A stretch of 64,000 bases of DNA from Azolla caroliniana (taxonomy: Eukaryota; Plantae; Polypodiophyta), in assembly GCA_043228905.1 (NCBI GenBank), contig JBHGNT010000003.1, positions 12,400,001 to 12,464,000 on the forward strand. Direction: 5' to 3'. Every line of letters begins with the position of its first letter. Position 1 is the first letter of the stretch. The notes below the pieces were generated by a model. It worked only from the letters and a program-made list of their open reading frames with translations. It made no database searches and was not told the DNA's origin. Positions 12,708-24,320 of the stretch are shown here, piece by piece. Position numbers and translations under genes: made by a program.

Positions 12708-13242
12708 AACAGAGAATAAGATGAAGGTTTAATGGAGAAGCTTAGTACACAGAGAGTATACGGAGGAGAGACAGAGAGTGTTGAACGTAAACGTAGATTC
12801 AAAAATAAAAAAACTTTGTAACTCTGTACATACAACGTGCTAAACAACACTATTTATACAAGTCCATAAAGGACTAATAGAAGTACTGACAGGTACTTCA
12901 ATACACTATTTATACAAGTTCTTATGCACTATTTATACAAGTCCATAAAGGACTAATAGAAGTACTGAAAGGTACTTCAATACACTATTTGTAACGCTCC
13001 TTATGCACTATTTATACAAGTCCATAAAGGACTAATAGAAGTACTGACAGGTACTTCAATACACTATTTGTAATGCTCCTTATGCACTATTTATACAAGT
13101 CCCGCTCGAATCCGGCTCTCCGATCCGTCTCCCCGATCCAGCCGGTTGTTTTCAGATACCAATCCGGCTCATCCTTCCGGATGCCGATCCGGCTCTGGCT
13201 TATTTGGCCGATCCGGATCTAGTTGAGCTTGCTCGCTCAACA
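12708..13242 (-). repeat. 5' LTR (major part) of the gag-only family B element, with a patchwork duplication at ~12903-13100
   Basis: Reverse complement of 9936-10345. Starts TGTTGAGCGAGCAAGCTCAAC at 13242. Confidence 0.87.
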
Positions 13243-15548
13243 CACTTGATCTTCCTCTCCATTTCCCTTTCGACTAAGCTTTGAAGGTTCCGGAAACAGT
13301 CGAAGACTTTGCTTTTCTTCTCGATGAGGTAGATCCACGTGTGTTGGTTGTAGTCGTTCATGAAGGAGACAAAATACCGACACCCCCCAAGACTAACGTT
13401 CTATGTCGGTCCCCATACATCTGAATGGATTAGATCGATCTTGTTACGGCTTCGATTTCGTTCGGTGGGGAATAGAAGCCGGTGTTGCTTCCCGAGTTGA
13501 CAGGCTTCACATATTTGGGCCTTCCAGCCACTAAACTTCGCCAATCCAAACACAACTTGTTTCAATTGCAGATCTTGAAGCCTCCCTCCATTAATTGACG
13601 TGGCCCATCCGCTTATGCTAGAGATCGATGTTCGATTCAATCTTCTGTCCTTTGGGAAACATGGTGGTGCCAACGTCATTTGTGTTGAGGATGAACATCC
13701 TCCCTTCCCTGCGCCTTTTCGCGATTATCTGGCCTTCTTCCTCGATGAAGCGCCCGAGGTGCATAAACCGCACCTGCATTCCCTAGTCGATGGTTTGTCC
13801 GACCGATACTAGGTTCTTTGTGATAGTCGGAACATGTAGTACGTTCATCAGCTTTCCCTTTTGTCTGACATGGCTTAAAGGCAATTCTCCGACATGCACA
13901 ATTGGGTGAGGGGTGTCGTCTCCGGTTTCGACGATCCCCGATTGTTCTGGCTTCTCCAAAAAAGAGAACCACTCTTCATGGCTCGTCATGTGGTTGGACG
14001 CTCCGGAATCAACATACCATACTTCCTTCGATTTGGAAGTAGTCTTCTTCATCGAGTTAGCCTTGTGCTTCATCATGAAGGCTGGCCCTTTACCAGTCTT
14101 CCCGTTTCCGGATCCTTCCGATTCTTCTACGTAGTGCGAGCTTTGTCAATTCCCATATTGGCCTTGTGAGATCTGGATTTATCCGAATCGGCATGCTTCT
14201 TCCAGCACTCACTCTCTCTGTGGCCTTTCTTTTCATAGGACCAGCATTCCCTGTCGATTTTTGACTACCGGTTTCCAGCTCCGACTTGACTCCCCCTGCT
14301 TGTGGAGGGTTTAGAACTGTTGTCGGCACCGTCTTTGTGCCTTCGGTTCTGCTCCTTCCGGCCACCTCCATTGCATGTTGACCCACCTCATCCTCCACAC
14401 CCGCGGGGCCGATCCGCCTCCGTGTACAACATCCGGTTGTCCGATTGAGTGGTCCTAGACCCACTTGCATGGTTTTCTTCGACCATCAGCATCGATTGCA
14501 AGTCGAAAAAAGATGGTGGTTTTCCCGTGTGCAAATTGCCGTCTGGATTGGCCCGTACCATTGTGTTAGACCACCGAGGTAGATTTGAACCACCGTCACG
14601 TTGATGGACCCGAGCGCGTCGCAGATCTCCTTTATCTTGGTGGTGTAGTCGGCCACAGACATATCCCTCTATTGGATATTGTTGAGCTCTTGTCGAAGCT
14701 ACAACTTCCGTGCCATGGTACTAGCGGCGAAAATCTTCCGGAGATTTTCCTAGGCCTCTTTTGGCGTTTTTGCATCTTTGATGTAGCTGAGCATCCGATC
14801 GTGGACACCGGACATGAGGCAGTACAATACTCGACTCGCTCCTTGCTCCCATACTAGGAAGTCTTTGTGTGCTGGTTCCGGCGCTACCTTGTTGGTTCCT
14901 TCCACGTAGTTCCAATATCCATGCCCTAGCAGGTACTGGTGCATTTCATATGACCAGGACGCATAGTTGCTCTGGTCGAGCTTCTCTATGGGATGTGAAC
15001 TCACCATACCTCTATCCATATTTTCCTTTGTCTGTCCTTACCGGGTATTAGGGTTTGTCTTCCAAAGCGTCTGTCGGTTGCAGAGGTTCTCAACCCTCAT
15101 GCTCTGATACCATGTCAAAGTAAACGTGCGGAAGCGTTTGACAAACCGGCTCAGCCGGATAGCAACAAAAGATGAAAAGAAAACTTAACACACACAAAGA
15201 GTACCCGTACACAGGAGAGAGAGACAGAGAGAGAACATAAACTCTATTAAAAATAACACTCTAAAACTTTTTGTACATAGAATGTGCTCAGAGAGCACTT
15301 TTATACAAGTCCATAAAAGGATTGATAGAAGTACTGACATGTACTTTAATGCTCATACGAGCGACTGTCACTAACTCCCAAGAAATATGCCTACATACTA
15401 GGTTGGATCCATAGGCCTCTAACGGCCTACCGATTTCATTCCAATCCGGCTCTCCGATCTGGCTCCTAGTTCCGGATATCATCCGGACACTGATCCGGCT
15501 CTGGCTTATTCAGCCAATCTGGATCCGGTTGATCTTGCTTGCTCAACA
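13243..15548 (-). mobile_element. Copia family B 5' half: 5' LTR 15113-15548, PBS, gag, protease, integrase start
   Basis: PBS GCTCTGATACCA at 15101-15112, gag (EKLDQSNYASW), protease (WYVDSGASNHMT), and CEACQLGKQHR..IHSDVWGP. Confidence 0.9.
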
Positions 15549-17634
15549 ATTTTTCTTTATGTTGATGATTTAGTTATCACCGGCGCCGACTTGGACAAAA
15601 TCAATCACGTCAAGTTCGAACTCGTGGCATCGTTTGACATGAAGGATCTTCGAAACCTTCATTACTTCCTCGGGATAGAAGTCATCCGCACCCTGGAAGG
15701 CATAGTGAATAGTCAATGCCACTATGTGTTGAGTATGCTCTTCAAATTCGATATGACGGAATGCAAGTCCGTCGCAACTCCTTTGGATAGGAACATGAAG
15801 CTTCGCCCCGACTCCAGAATGGCATGCGACCCGAAACAGTTCCGATAGATCTCCGGAAGCCTCATATATCTGACCATCACCCAGCCGGACCTCAACTATC
15901 CGATCGGACTGATTAGTCAATTTATGGTGCATCCAACCATGGAGCATCTTCAGTATGCACACTGAATACTCAGGTACGTGAGTGGCACTAAGGACAAGGG
16001 GTTGTTCTATCGGACCAGTGTAGCCGGATAGCACGGTGGCCACATGGATGCTAATTGGGCCGGAAATGTCAACGACCGTAGGTCTACATCCGAATATGTG
16101 TTTTCACTTGGAAGTGTCACGATCGCCTGGAGCAGTAAGAAGCAGCAGACATTAGCACTGTCGAGCACCGAGGCCGACTACTGAGGAGCGACTATCATGA
16201 CATGTGAAACCATATGGCTCAAGAGGCTCCTAATGGATCTACAGTTGGAGGTGTCTGGTTCGAGGATGATCTACTGTGACAACCTCAGCAGCATCCAACT
16301 GGCAAAGAACCTCGTTTTTCATGCCCGGACCAAGCACATTGAGGTGCACTACCATTTTGTCCGTGAGCATGTCCTCTCTGGTGAAGTCGAACTTGTGTAT
16401 GTTCTGACGGCTCGGCAGACTGCCAACATCTTCACCAAACCTCTCGGCCTGGACAAGTTGCAACATTTTTCAGAGATGCTTGGTCTTCAGCATCTCGACA
16501 TGCTGCACTTGAGGGGGAGAAAGGAGAAGGAGGAAACCAGAACCGGAATCGGAAAGTCAGGTAATGGCACCAAACAAGGAGCTGGACAGGCCGAAGAGAA
16601 GGAAACAACCAACATAGAGGGAAACAAGAAGAAGTAGGAAGTCGAGTCGACTAAAGAAGTCGGCACATCCAAACAAGTCAGAACAAGCGGCGACGGCGGC
16701 AAATTCAAGAAGGACAAAGCCGGCGGAAGGAGAAGGCCAAGACCCGGACATGGTCTGATATTGTGAGGGCCTGAAGGTTAAAGAAGAATTGGAGACAACC
16801 AATTCGGACAAGAGCTGGAATGAATCGGAGGCACCCGATTTAGAAGAGGTGTTTGATTTGGAGGATCCGGATAAACTGAAGGCCAAACAGACAAGGAGGC
16901 AGTGGAAGTCAACATCAACACGGAGGAACCGACGGGTCCAGAAGCGCTAGAGTCGCAACAACAAACGAGCTGAGATGTGCCTTATGAGCAAACAAGCCGA
17001 TCGAGAAGGTCAAGGTACGCAGGACTGAACGGGTCTTGGAAAGCGGAACCAGACGGGTCGAGGAGCGCGAGCTAGGCGGGAAGACGCTAGGAGGAGCTAG
17101 AGGAAACGATCGGCGGACACACATAGTGATCCAACCTAAAGTTGATCTTGAGGGGGAATGTTGAGTGGGCAAGCTCAACTGGATCCATATCGGCTGAATA
17201 AGCCAGAGCCGGATCGGCATCCGAAGCGGAGAACGGAATCGATGTCCGAATAGATCGGTGTTTGGAACCTAGAGTTGAACCGGAAAACCGGATCGTATTA
17301 CGAAATAGTGAGAATCGGTAGGCTGTTGGAGGCTATGGCCTGGGCCAAGTATGTAGGTATATTCCTTGGAGTTAGTGACAGTCGTACATATGAGCATTGA
17401 AGTACATGTCAGTACTTCTGTCAGTCCTTTCAAGGACTTGTATAAAACTGCTCACTAGGCACATTGTATATACACAGAGTGTTATTATTTGAATTGAGTT
17501 TTACTATTTTTCTCTATCTGTCTCTCCTATGTACAATGTACTCTTAAGCTTCCATTAAACCTTCATCTCTGTTTTAATGTTGTTATCTGGCTAAGCTGGT
17601 TTGTCTACAAGCTTCCACATGCTATTCTTTTCAC
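15549..17634 (+). mobile_element. Another Copia family B copy: RT/RNase H, ~640-bp 3' region, PPT and 3' LTR (17159-~17634)
   Basis: LYVDD-like motif at ~15557, YCDNLSSIQLAKN..FHARTKHIEVHYHFVRE, PPT TTGAGGGGGAA before TGTTGAGTGGGCAAGCTCAAC. Confidence 0.87.
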
Positions 17635-20310
17635 CTGTTTTCGTGGTTGTCTCTTAACAATTGCAAATTTGCCGCTTGGCTGACCATTGCCACCAGCCTT
17701 CATTCAGGGTCTTCATCATGGCCTAAAGCATCTGTTATTTGTGTCAGTTCAAGATGGCCTTTACTTTTTCTTCTCCCATGCAGAGGCGATATTTTAAAGC
17801 ACTCATTTCCTTTGTTTGTTGTTCTTGCCGAGCTATGTTGGAGTCATGCTCGAACAGTATTTTCGCTTTGGCTGCTATGAGTGCATTTCTCACCTGCTCA
17901 TACTTCTTAGTGAACTGTCGATACCGGTCATTCGCTGGTGTTGGTCATTCGCTATAACTCTCGTTCCTCCTCCGGCTCTAGTGCACCGAGCATTGCGCGT
18001 TGGATCATCTCCTTGTCCTTGTGTTCCTGCACCATTTAATCCGAAGCAAACTATAGGTGCTTCGCTAACCAGTCCACCAGGTTGTATGATGTGCCAAAAC
18101 ATAGTATGCTCGCGATTTCATGAGTTGCTGGTGGTATGTCAGGTATTGCGAGGAATTCATGTGGGGATATGGTCGATGCTTTTCCTTTCTCCATTGTGCC
18201 TCTCGGGACATATTCAACTGGTTCGATAGTCATTTTTCCTCCTTTCTGTTGTTGTTCGGCCGATTGCTTCTTTCCGAATTTGGTCCTTTTTGTTAGCCGA
18301 CTTGTTTCCTGGTCCAATTGGTCAGTGTCGGCTTGTTGTCAATCTAACCGGCTTTTTTCTTGTGGTGGTGGTGGCCACTCCTCGAAATGATTTCCATCAA
18401 CCATCATGCCCTTTATAAATAACTTGGAAATGATAGTAGCAAGAAATACTCATGCCAAGATTTGATTGATTTATTTATTTTTAATTATTTAAAATTATAA
18501 CCCTGAATTGATTATGGTTTGTCAACAATCATAGAGCTAGTCGGTTGACTACCCATAGTATTCTATAGTTCCTCTGGTAAAAAAAGGATTAGTTAGTGTC
18601 GACCCTAATACAGTTTCAGTCGAAAACCATTTACCCACTTCGGCATTACTTCTCTTTGCTAATGTACCTATTTGATAGTGCCTTTGTTGTTGTTAACAAT
18701 CCAATAGGGACCGGTCCATCTAAACCATAGCTTCCCGGGCATAGACCCCATTTTAGTTTGAAATACTAACACTAGTTTGCCGATGTCGAATAGCATCTCT
18801 TTACCCTATCGGCGTCGATCAACAAAGGCTTTTGTTTTCCTTTGTTTATGTTCCAAATGCCACATCGACTGTAAGAAGTTGTTCCAAATGCCACATCGAC
18901 TGTAGCTGACTTTCTTCCAATGTAAGAAGTTGTTCTTTTCGATTTCGTTCTGACTGCTCTTCATCCAGTCGTTTTGCCACTTGTACTCTCAAAGTCGAAA
19001 TCTGAAATTCAATGGGCATTACTGCTTCGAGTCCAAAAGCTAATCAAAATTTAGTGGATCGGATCATGGTCTTGTAGGTTGATTGATACGCCCATAGTGC
19101 ACTCTGTAATTTTTTATCCTAGTAGGTCCAATTCTCATTAATTATTTTTTTAAGAATCGTCTATAGCATTTTATTAGTTGATTCTGTCAATCCATTCACT
19201 TGTGGATAGTAAGGTGTACTCTTCTTGTGCACTACCGCATAATAATTTGTCAATTCATAAATTATTTTATTAATGAAATGAGTACCCGGATCGCTTACTA
19301 GTTCTATTGGACACCCGAATCTGCACCAAATGTATTCATATAGAAATTTAGACGTTGATGCCGCCGTATTATCTCGGAGAAGCTTTGCTTCAACCCACTT
19401 GGTGCAATAGTCAGTGGCAATTATAACATATTGATTACCAGTTTTTGTTGTTGCCGGCTTAAATGGTCCGACAAAGTCTAGACCCCATTTTTGAAATGGT
19501 TCGAGTGGTACGACTGGTTAATGAGGAATTCGATCTTTTTCTTTGGGTTGACCGATCCTTTGACATAAATCAAATTGTCGACAGTAATTTACCACGTCCT
19601 TCATCGTCGTAGGCCACCATAAACCACTATTCCAAACCTTTTGAGTTGTTGTTTCTCCTACATAATGTCCACCGACAGTTCCACAATGAGCTTCACGTAA
19701 AACGGATTCTTTTACGAATTGTCGAACCGCCTACCGCTAGATTCCATCTAGTCCCTTATGATACAATGTGTCCTTCAGCAGGCAGACATTCCAACTTCGA
19801 ACAACCAATCATTTTCTTTCATGTAGAGGCATGCCTTCGGGTGTTAAGCCCATAGTTAAAAATGCAGTCATCTCTGTGATCCATAAATTTGCCGACTCTT
19901 CATCTACTTCTGTCGAAATAATAGCTTCGACTCGGAACAGTTGGGAATCCCGAAAGTCATCGTGAACGCCTTCACCCAATTCTCCAAACTCTAATCCACT
20001 TAAATAGTCAACTACTACATGTTGCAGTCTAGGATGATGAACAACGTTGAACTCAAACTCCTGTAAGAGAAGCGTCCATTTTGCTAATTTAACGGTTAAA
20101 GATTGCTTTGACACTAGGTATAGTAAAGCAGAATAATCGACATGCAAGGTAAATTTCCGTCCGAGAAGATAGTGTCAAAACTTCTTTACACTATAAATCA
20201 TGCCAAGAGCTTCGCGTTCTATCGTTGAATAATTCCGCTTGGCAGTCGACAACTTTCAACTTGCGTAGTAGATTGGTCTTTACCAATTTGGCTCCGACAG
20301 AAGTGAGTTG
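17635..20310 (-). mobile_element. Old degenerate Ty3/Gypsy relative of the 27388-37482 element (RNase H, integrase, remnants of the extra 3' ORF)
   Basis: ORF 19809-20147 (HVDYSALLYLVSK..KLAKWTLLLQEFEF) matches pol 30978-33617. Integrase remnants lie at ~18950-19700. QAANLQLLRDNHENR at 17635-17680 resembles QAAELQTLRADAENR of the extra ORF. Confidence 0.82.
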
Positions 20311-20329
20311 TAAAGGTGTAATAGAGAAA

Positions 20330-20500
20330 TAGATAGATGGAACAATCACTTAATTCAAGTTCTATTGAAGGAACAATTACATAACCATTCGCAATTCTTG
20401 TAAGGTTTGTTATTTCTAGAATTAACTTCATTTTGGTTTTCCATATCCTATAGTTGTGCTTTGTAAGTTTCTTCGGTTCATATTTTCTTTCCATTTGATT
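20330..20500 (-). mobile_element. Short Copia-type gag N-terminal remnant
   Basis: KLTKHNYRIWKTKMKLIL resembles the Copia gag N-terminal KLxxxNYxxW motif. Confidence 0.5.
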
Positions 20501-20925
20501 TATAATTGTTGTATTGCTTGGATTCCTTGCAAATGTTGAATGGCTATAATTCATTTTCCTAAAAAGTATAAAAAGAGTCCATTGCTTGGTTCCTAAATAC
20601 CGAGTTTAATGCCAAAAACTTTGTAGAAACTTTAAAGTCGCATGTGGTTGCAAAGTTTGGGAAATCTCAAACTCATTTTTATATGTTTTGATTATTTTAA
20701 TGCCTGTTCCATATTCATTTGGAAAATCATTGAAGTTTCAATGCTTTAGAATGTACTAGTCACAACATGTAGTCATGGTCTTTTTATTATGTGTTGAAAG
20801 CTACCTTTTACCTTACCCCAAAGTTGTATAATAATATGTGGCCATTCTGTATATTTTTAACTTGTGTATTCTACTATTATCGCACGCTCGTTAAGACCTA
20901 TCTCTATGTCAGACCTACGCTAGTT

Positions 20926-23280
20926 TCAGTAAGACCTACAAGCACAATTCCCATTTTCAAAAATATGAACACAACTTATATTTGACTTCTTTATTTTCAA
21001 TATAAATATTATTGTATGGCAATCATAACAAACCATAGTATCATTAACAACATAATTAGTTTTCCTTAGGGGTGCATTGACTATTGCACAATCAATCACA
21101 GAATTGTCACTATGCAGGCATACATCATCCTGTTCCTTATCACAGAGACTGATAAATTCGATACTTCTCGGCAAATAATCTTCTTGTACCACTCTAAGGG
21201 CGACATCTTTTGCCATTGCATGTATATCTTTTCTTCCACAATGTTTGAAATTGCCAACAGAAAATGATCGATGTTTCTTATTTGAGTCAGCACACACACA
21301 ATTACCTAGCTGCTTCAGAGGATAATTGTTTGTTCTCATGGATTCGAGTTTTTCTGCATCAGCTTGCATGCCAGAAGCTGCATATATATCAGCCAGAACC
21401 ACATAGGCAGAAAAAAAATTATAATCTAACTGAACTTCATCAAAAGCCAATCTACCAAGCTTCCTATTTTCACATTTTTTACATGCACCCAAGATTGCCA
21501 TCCAAACCAATGAATGTTCTAGACCTGGTATAGTTCTAAAAACTGACATCGCCTTCTCAAAATGGCCGGCATTTGCATAAATACCTATCATGCAGGTATG
21601 GTGTAGTACATTCGGCAAAATCCTATATTTCTTACTCATATCAGAAAAATACATTTGAGCCTTATCCAAATTCCCTGAGTGACTACAAGCAGCCAACACA
21701 GAAAGTAAAGTAATTTCATTCGGAGCAATACACTCTCCAAGCATTTGATCAAAACAATTCAATGCTTCAGTAGTTTGGCCTTTCTGTCCATACCCAGCAA
21801 TTATTGTCGTCCAAGACACAACATCTCGTATCGTAAGATTTTCTAGAACTTGGTGAGCTTTAGCTAGCAAACCAAACCTGGCATACATATCGACCAACAC
21901 ATTTCCAAGCATTATATCTTTCTCCAGAAGGTTCATATTCACAATTTCAGTATGAAATCGCTTGCCTATTTCAATAGCTCCCATATTTCCACAGGCCTTT
22001 AAGATGCAAGAGAAAGTAACTGCATCTGGGCTCAATCCTTCACTTTGCATACGTTCAAAACAATTAAATGCTTCATTACCTTGTCCTTGTTGTGAATATC
22101 CGACAATGAGTACATTCCATGAGACCACATCTCGAAGAGGAATCTCATGAAGAAGTACTTGGTGTGCTCTCGACAGCACACCACATTTGATATACATATC
22201 CACCAAAGCAGTTGCAAGCAGAATACTTTCTTTGAGCAGTCCCCGTCTAACAATCTCATTATGAACTTGCTTGCCCTTCTCTATAGCTCCTATATCTCCA
22301 CATGCCTTCAAGACACAAATAAAGGTGACCGAATCCAAGCAGTGGCCTTCACACTGCATTTTCTCAAAACATAGAAGACCTTCTTGAACGAGACCTTTTT
22401 TAACATACCCTGAAATGAGAGATGACCATGATACAGTGTCTCGTAGAGAGAGCTCGTCAACCACTTTTCTTGCTTTTGAAAGCACACCACATTTGGCATA
22501 CATATCAACCAAGGCATTACCTAGAATTATATTCTTCTCAAGAAATCCTCTAGTCACATGAACTTGTTTGCCCTTGTCAAGTGCTCTGATGCTACCACAT
22601 GCCTGCAAAATACATATAAATGTGATGACATCTGGAATGAGACCTTCCTTTTGCATTCGCTGATAACAATTGAGTGCTTCATATGATTTCCCTTTTTGAA
22701 CATAACCTGTGATGAGAGCATTCCAAGTTACAACATCTCGGGATCGAAGTTTACAATGCACTTCTTCAGATTTTGAGATCATACCACATTTTGCATACAT
22801 ATCAATCAAACTATTTCCAAGAAAAATATCCTTATCCAAAAGACCTCTATCAACAATTGCATCATGTATTTCCTGACCTTTATCAATCTCTCCCCTGTTT
22901 CCACAAGTTTTCAAAATGCACGTAAAAGTGATGGAATCAGGGGAAATGCCCTCTTCCTGCATTTCTATAAAACAATGGAAAGCTTCATGGCTACTCATAT
23001 TGCGTTTGACATATCCTGATATAAGAGCATTCCAAGAAAACACATTTCGGATAGAAAGGTTATCGTGCAGTTGTTGTGCTTTTAAAAGTAGACCACATTT
23101 ACAATACATGCTAATTACAGCGCTAGCCATATAAGGGTTGTTCTCCAGGAAGCCCTTCTGTACGATTTGAGAATGTAGTTGTACTCCCTTGTGAATGTCT
23201 TTTTCATTACCACAGATCTTTAGAAGTTCTAGGTAGCTCCTGATCTCTTGACCTCCATGGACTGCTCTGCGCGTTGCCAT
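20926..23280 (-). CDS. PLS-class pentatricopeptide repeat protein with E domains and a degenerate DYW domain (organellar RNA-editing factor), intronless
   Basis: Uninterrupted ~784-codon ORF with about five P-L-S triplets (GNALVDMYAKCG / DVVSWN.LI.GY / PD.VTF.CILKACG). E motifs follow (ITLLSVLAACSHSG, VWMAILGAC, AYVVLADIYAASG), then a PG-box-like segment, HSD, CYDCH and HIFENGNCACRSY*. Confidence 0.93.
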   Translation of the reverse strand: MATRRAVHGGQEIRSYLELLKICGNEKDIHKGVQLHSQIVQKGFLENNPYMASAVISMYCKCGLLLKAQQLHDNLSIRNVFSWNALISGYVKRNMSSHEAFHCFIEMQEEGISPDSITFTCILKTCGNRGEIDKGQEIHDAIVDRGLLDKDIFLGNSLIDMYAKCGMISKSEEVHCKLRSRDVVTWNALITGYVQKGKSYEALNCYQRMQKEGLIPDVITFICILQACGSIRALDKGKQVHVTRGFLEKNIILGNALVDMYAKCGVLSKARKVVDELSLRDTVSWSSLISGYVKKGLVQEGLLCFEKMQCEGHCLDSVTFICVLKACGDIGAIEKGKQVHNEIVRRGLLKESILLATALVDMYIKCGVLSRAHQVLLHEIPLRDVVSWNVLIVGYSQQGQGNEAFNCFERMQSEGLSPDAVTFSCILKACGNMGAIEIGKRFHTEIVNMNLLEKDIMLGNVLVDMYARFGLLAKAHQVLENLTIRDVVSWTTIIAGYGQKGQTTEALNCFDQMLGECIAPNEITLLSVLAACSHSGNLDKAQMYFSDMSKKYRILPNVLHHTCMIGIYANAGHFEKAMSVFRTIPGLEHSLVWMAILGACKKCENRKLGRLAFDEVQLDYNFFSAYVVLADIYAASGMQADAEKLESMRTNNYPLKQLGNCVCADSNKKHRSFSVGNFKHCGRKDIHAMAKDVALRVVQEDYLPRSIEFISLCDKEQDDVCLHSDNSVIDCAIVNAPLRKTNYVVNDTMVCYDCHTIIFILKIKKSNISCVHIFENGNCACRSY

Positions 23281-23349
23281 CAAACCTTCAATGGCTGGCT
23301 CTCTCCTCTCTCTCTCTCTCTCTTTGAGTTATGATTTTGGCGTACTCAA

Positions 23350-24320
23350 ACAAGAAATGTAAACTTGAAGTGGATGTGTTATGGAAGAAAATTGAGAGTA
23401 TGTGTATTCAGAAAGATATAAGATTGAGATACTAGCATGGCTCTGGTATAGCAAAGCATCTTAATGTATTTCCAAGTTTTGTTCAATCAAATTATCTCTC
23501 TAGACATACCTCTAATAGAGGAGGTATTGGCTTTATTATTGCTAGGCTCTTTCTTGGACACTTGGGAAACAATTGTGGTGACACTTGGGAAGGAAAGTCT
23601 AGTCTAATTAATGATGAAGTAAGACAAAAGGAGCGTGATTCTAGGTTTAAGCACAAAGCCCTAGTCATAGACACCACCTCAAATAGAGGAAGAAGCAATA
23701 CTCGAGGGTCTACGAAATAATAGAAATAACTCTAGGGGAAGGTCTAAGTCCAAAAATAAGAAAGATTTTAAGAAAGGTCTAAATCACGATGACAGAGATT
23801 TTGGAAAGAAGAAGAGAGACCAAAAGAATGGAACCACATACAGCAAGAAAGGTGACCTTACAATAGCCACATGTTATGGTAAAATAATCATTGTTTGGAT
23901 GATGCTTGTGTCAATTTGGCATGTTAACAAACCGATTGGATTATTGGCTTGGGAACCTCATATCATATATTACCCCATATTTGGAGATGTTTACATCGTA
24001 TGTTGGCGGTACCTAACTTTGGTAGAGCCAAAGTGGCGAACCAAGGTGTGAAACAGGTTGCTGGCATAGGATGTGATTTTGGTGACAAATACAAGTTGTA
24101 AACTTGTATTTAAGGATGTTAGACATGTTCCATATGTTTGGCTGAAATCATTTTTGCTGGTAAGCTGAATGATGAGGATGATTCAAAATACATTAGTGAA
24201 GGCAGATGGAAGCTCATCAAAGGCTCTCTAATCATTATAGAAATTCAAAAACTGAGTTCACTATACCTTATGCATGATATGTTGTCTAGCGGAGAGGTAA
24301 ATGTATGTGGTGTCCGTACT
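23350..24320 (+). mobile_element. Highly degenerate Copia gag-protease remnant
   Basis: Broken frames with GRWKLIKGSLII and a decayed protease motif at ~23935-23975. Confidence 0.6.
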
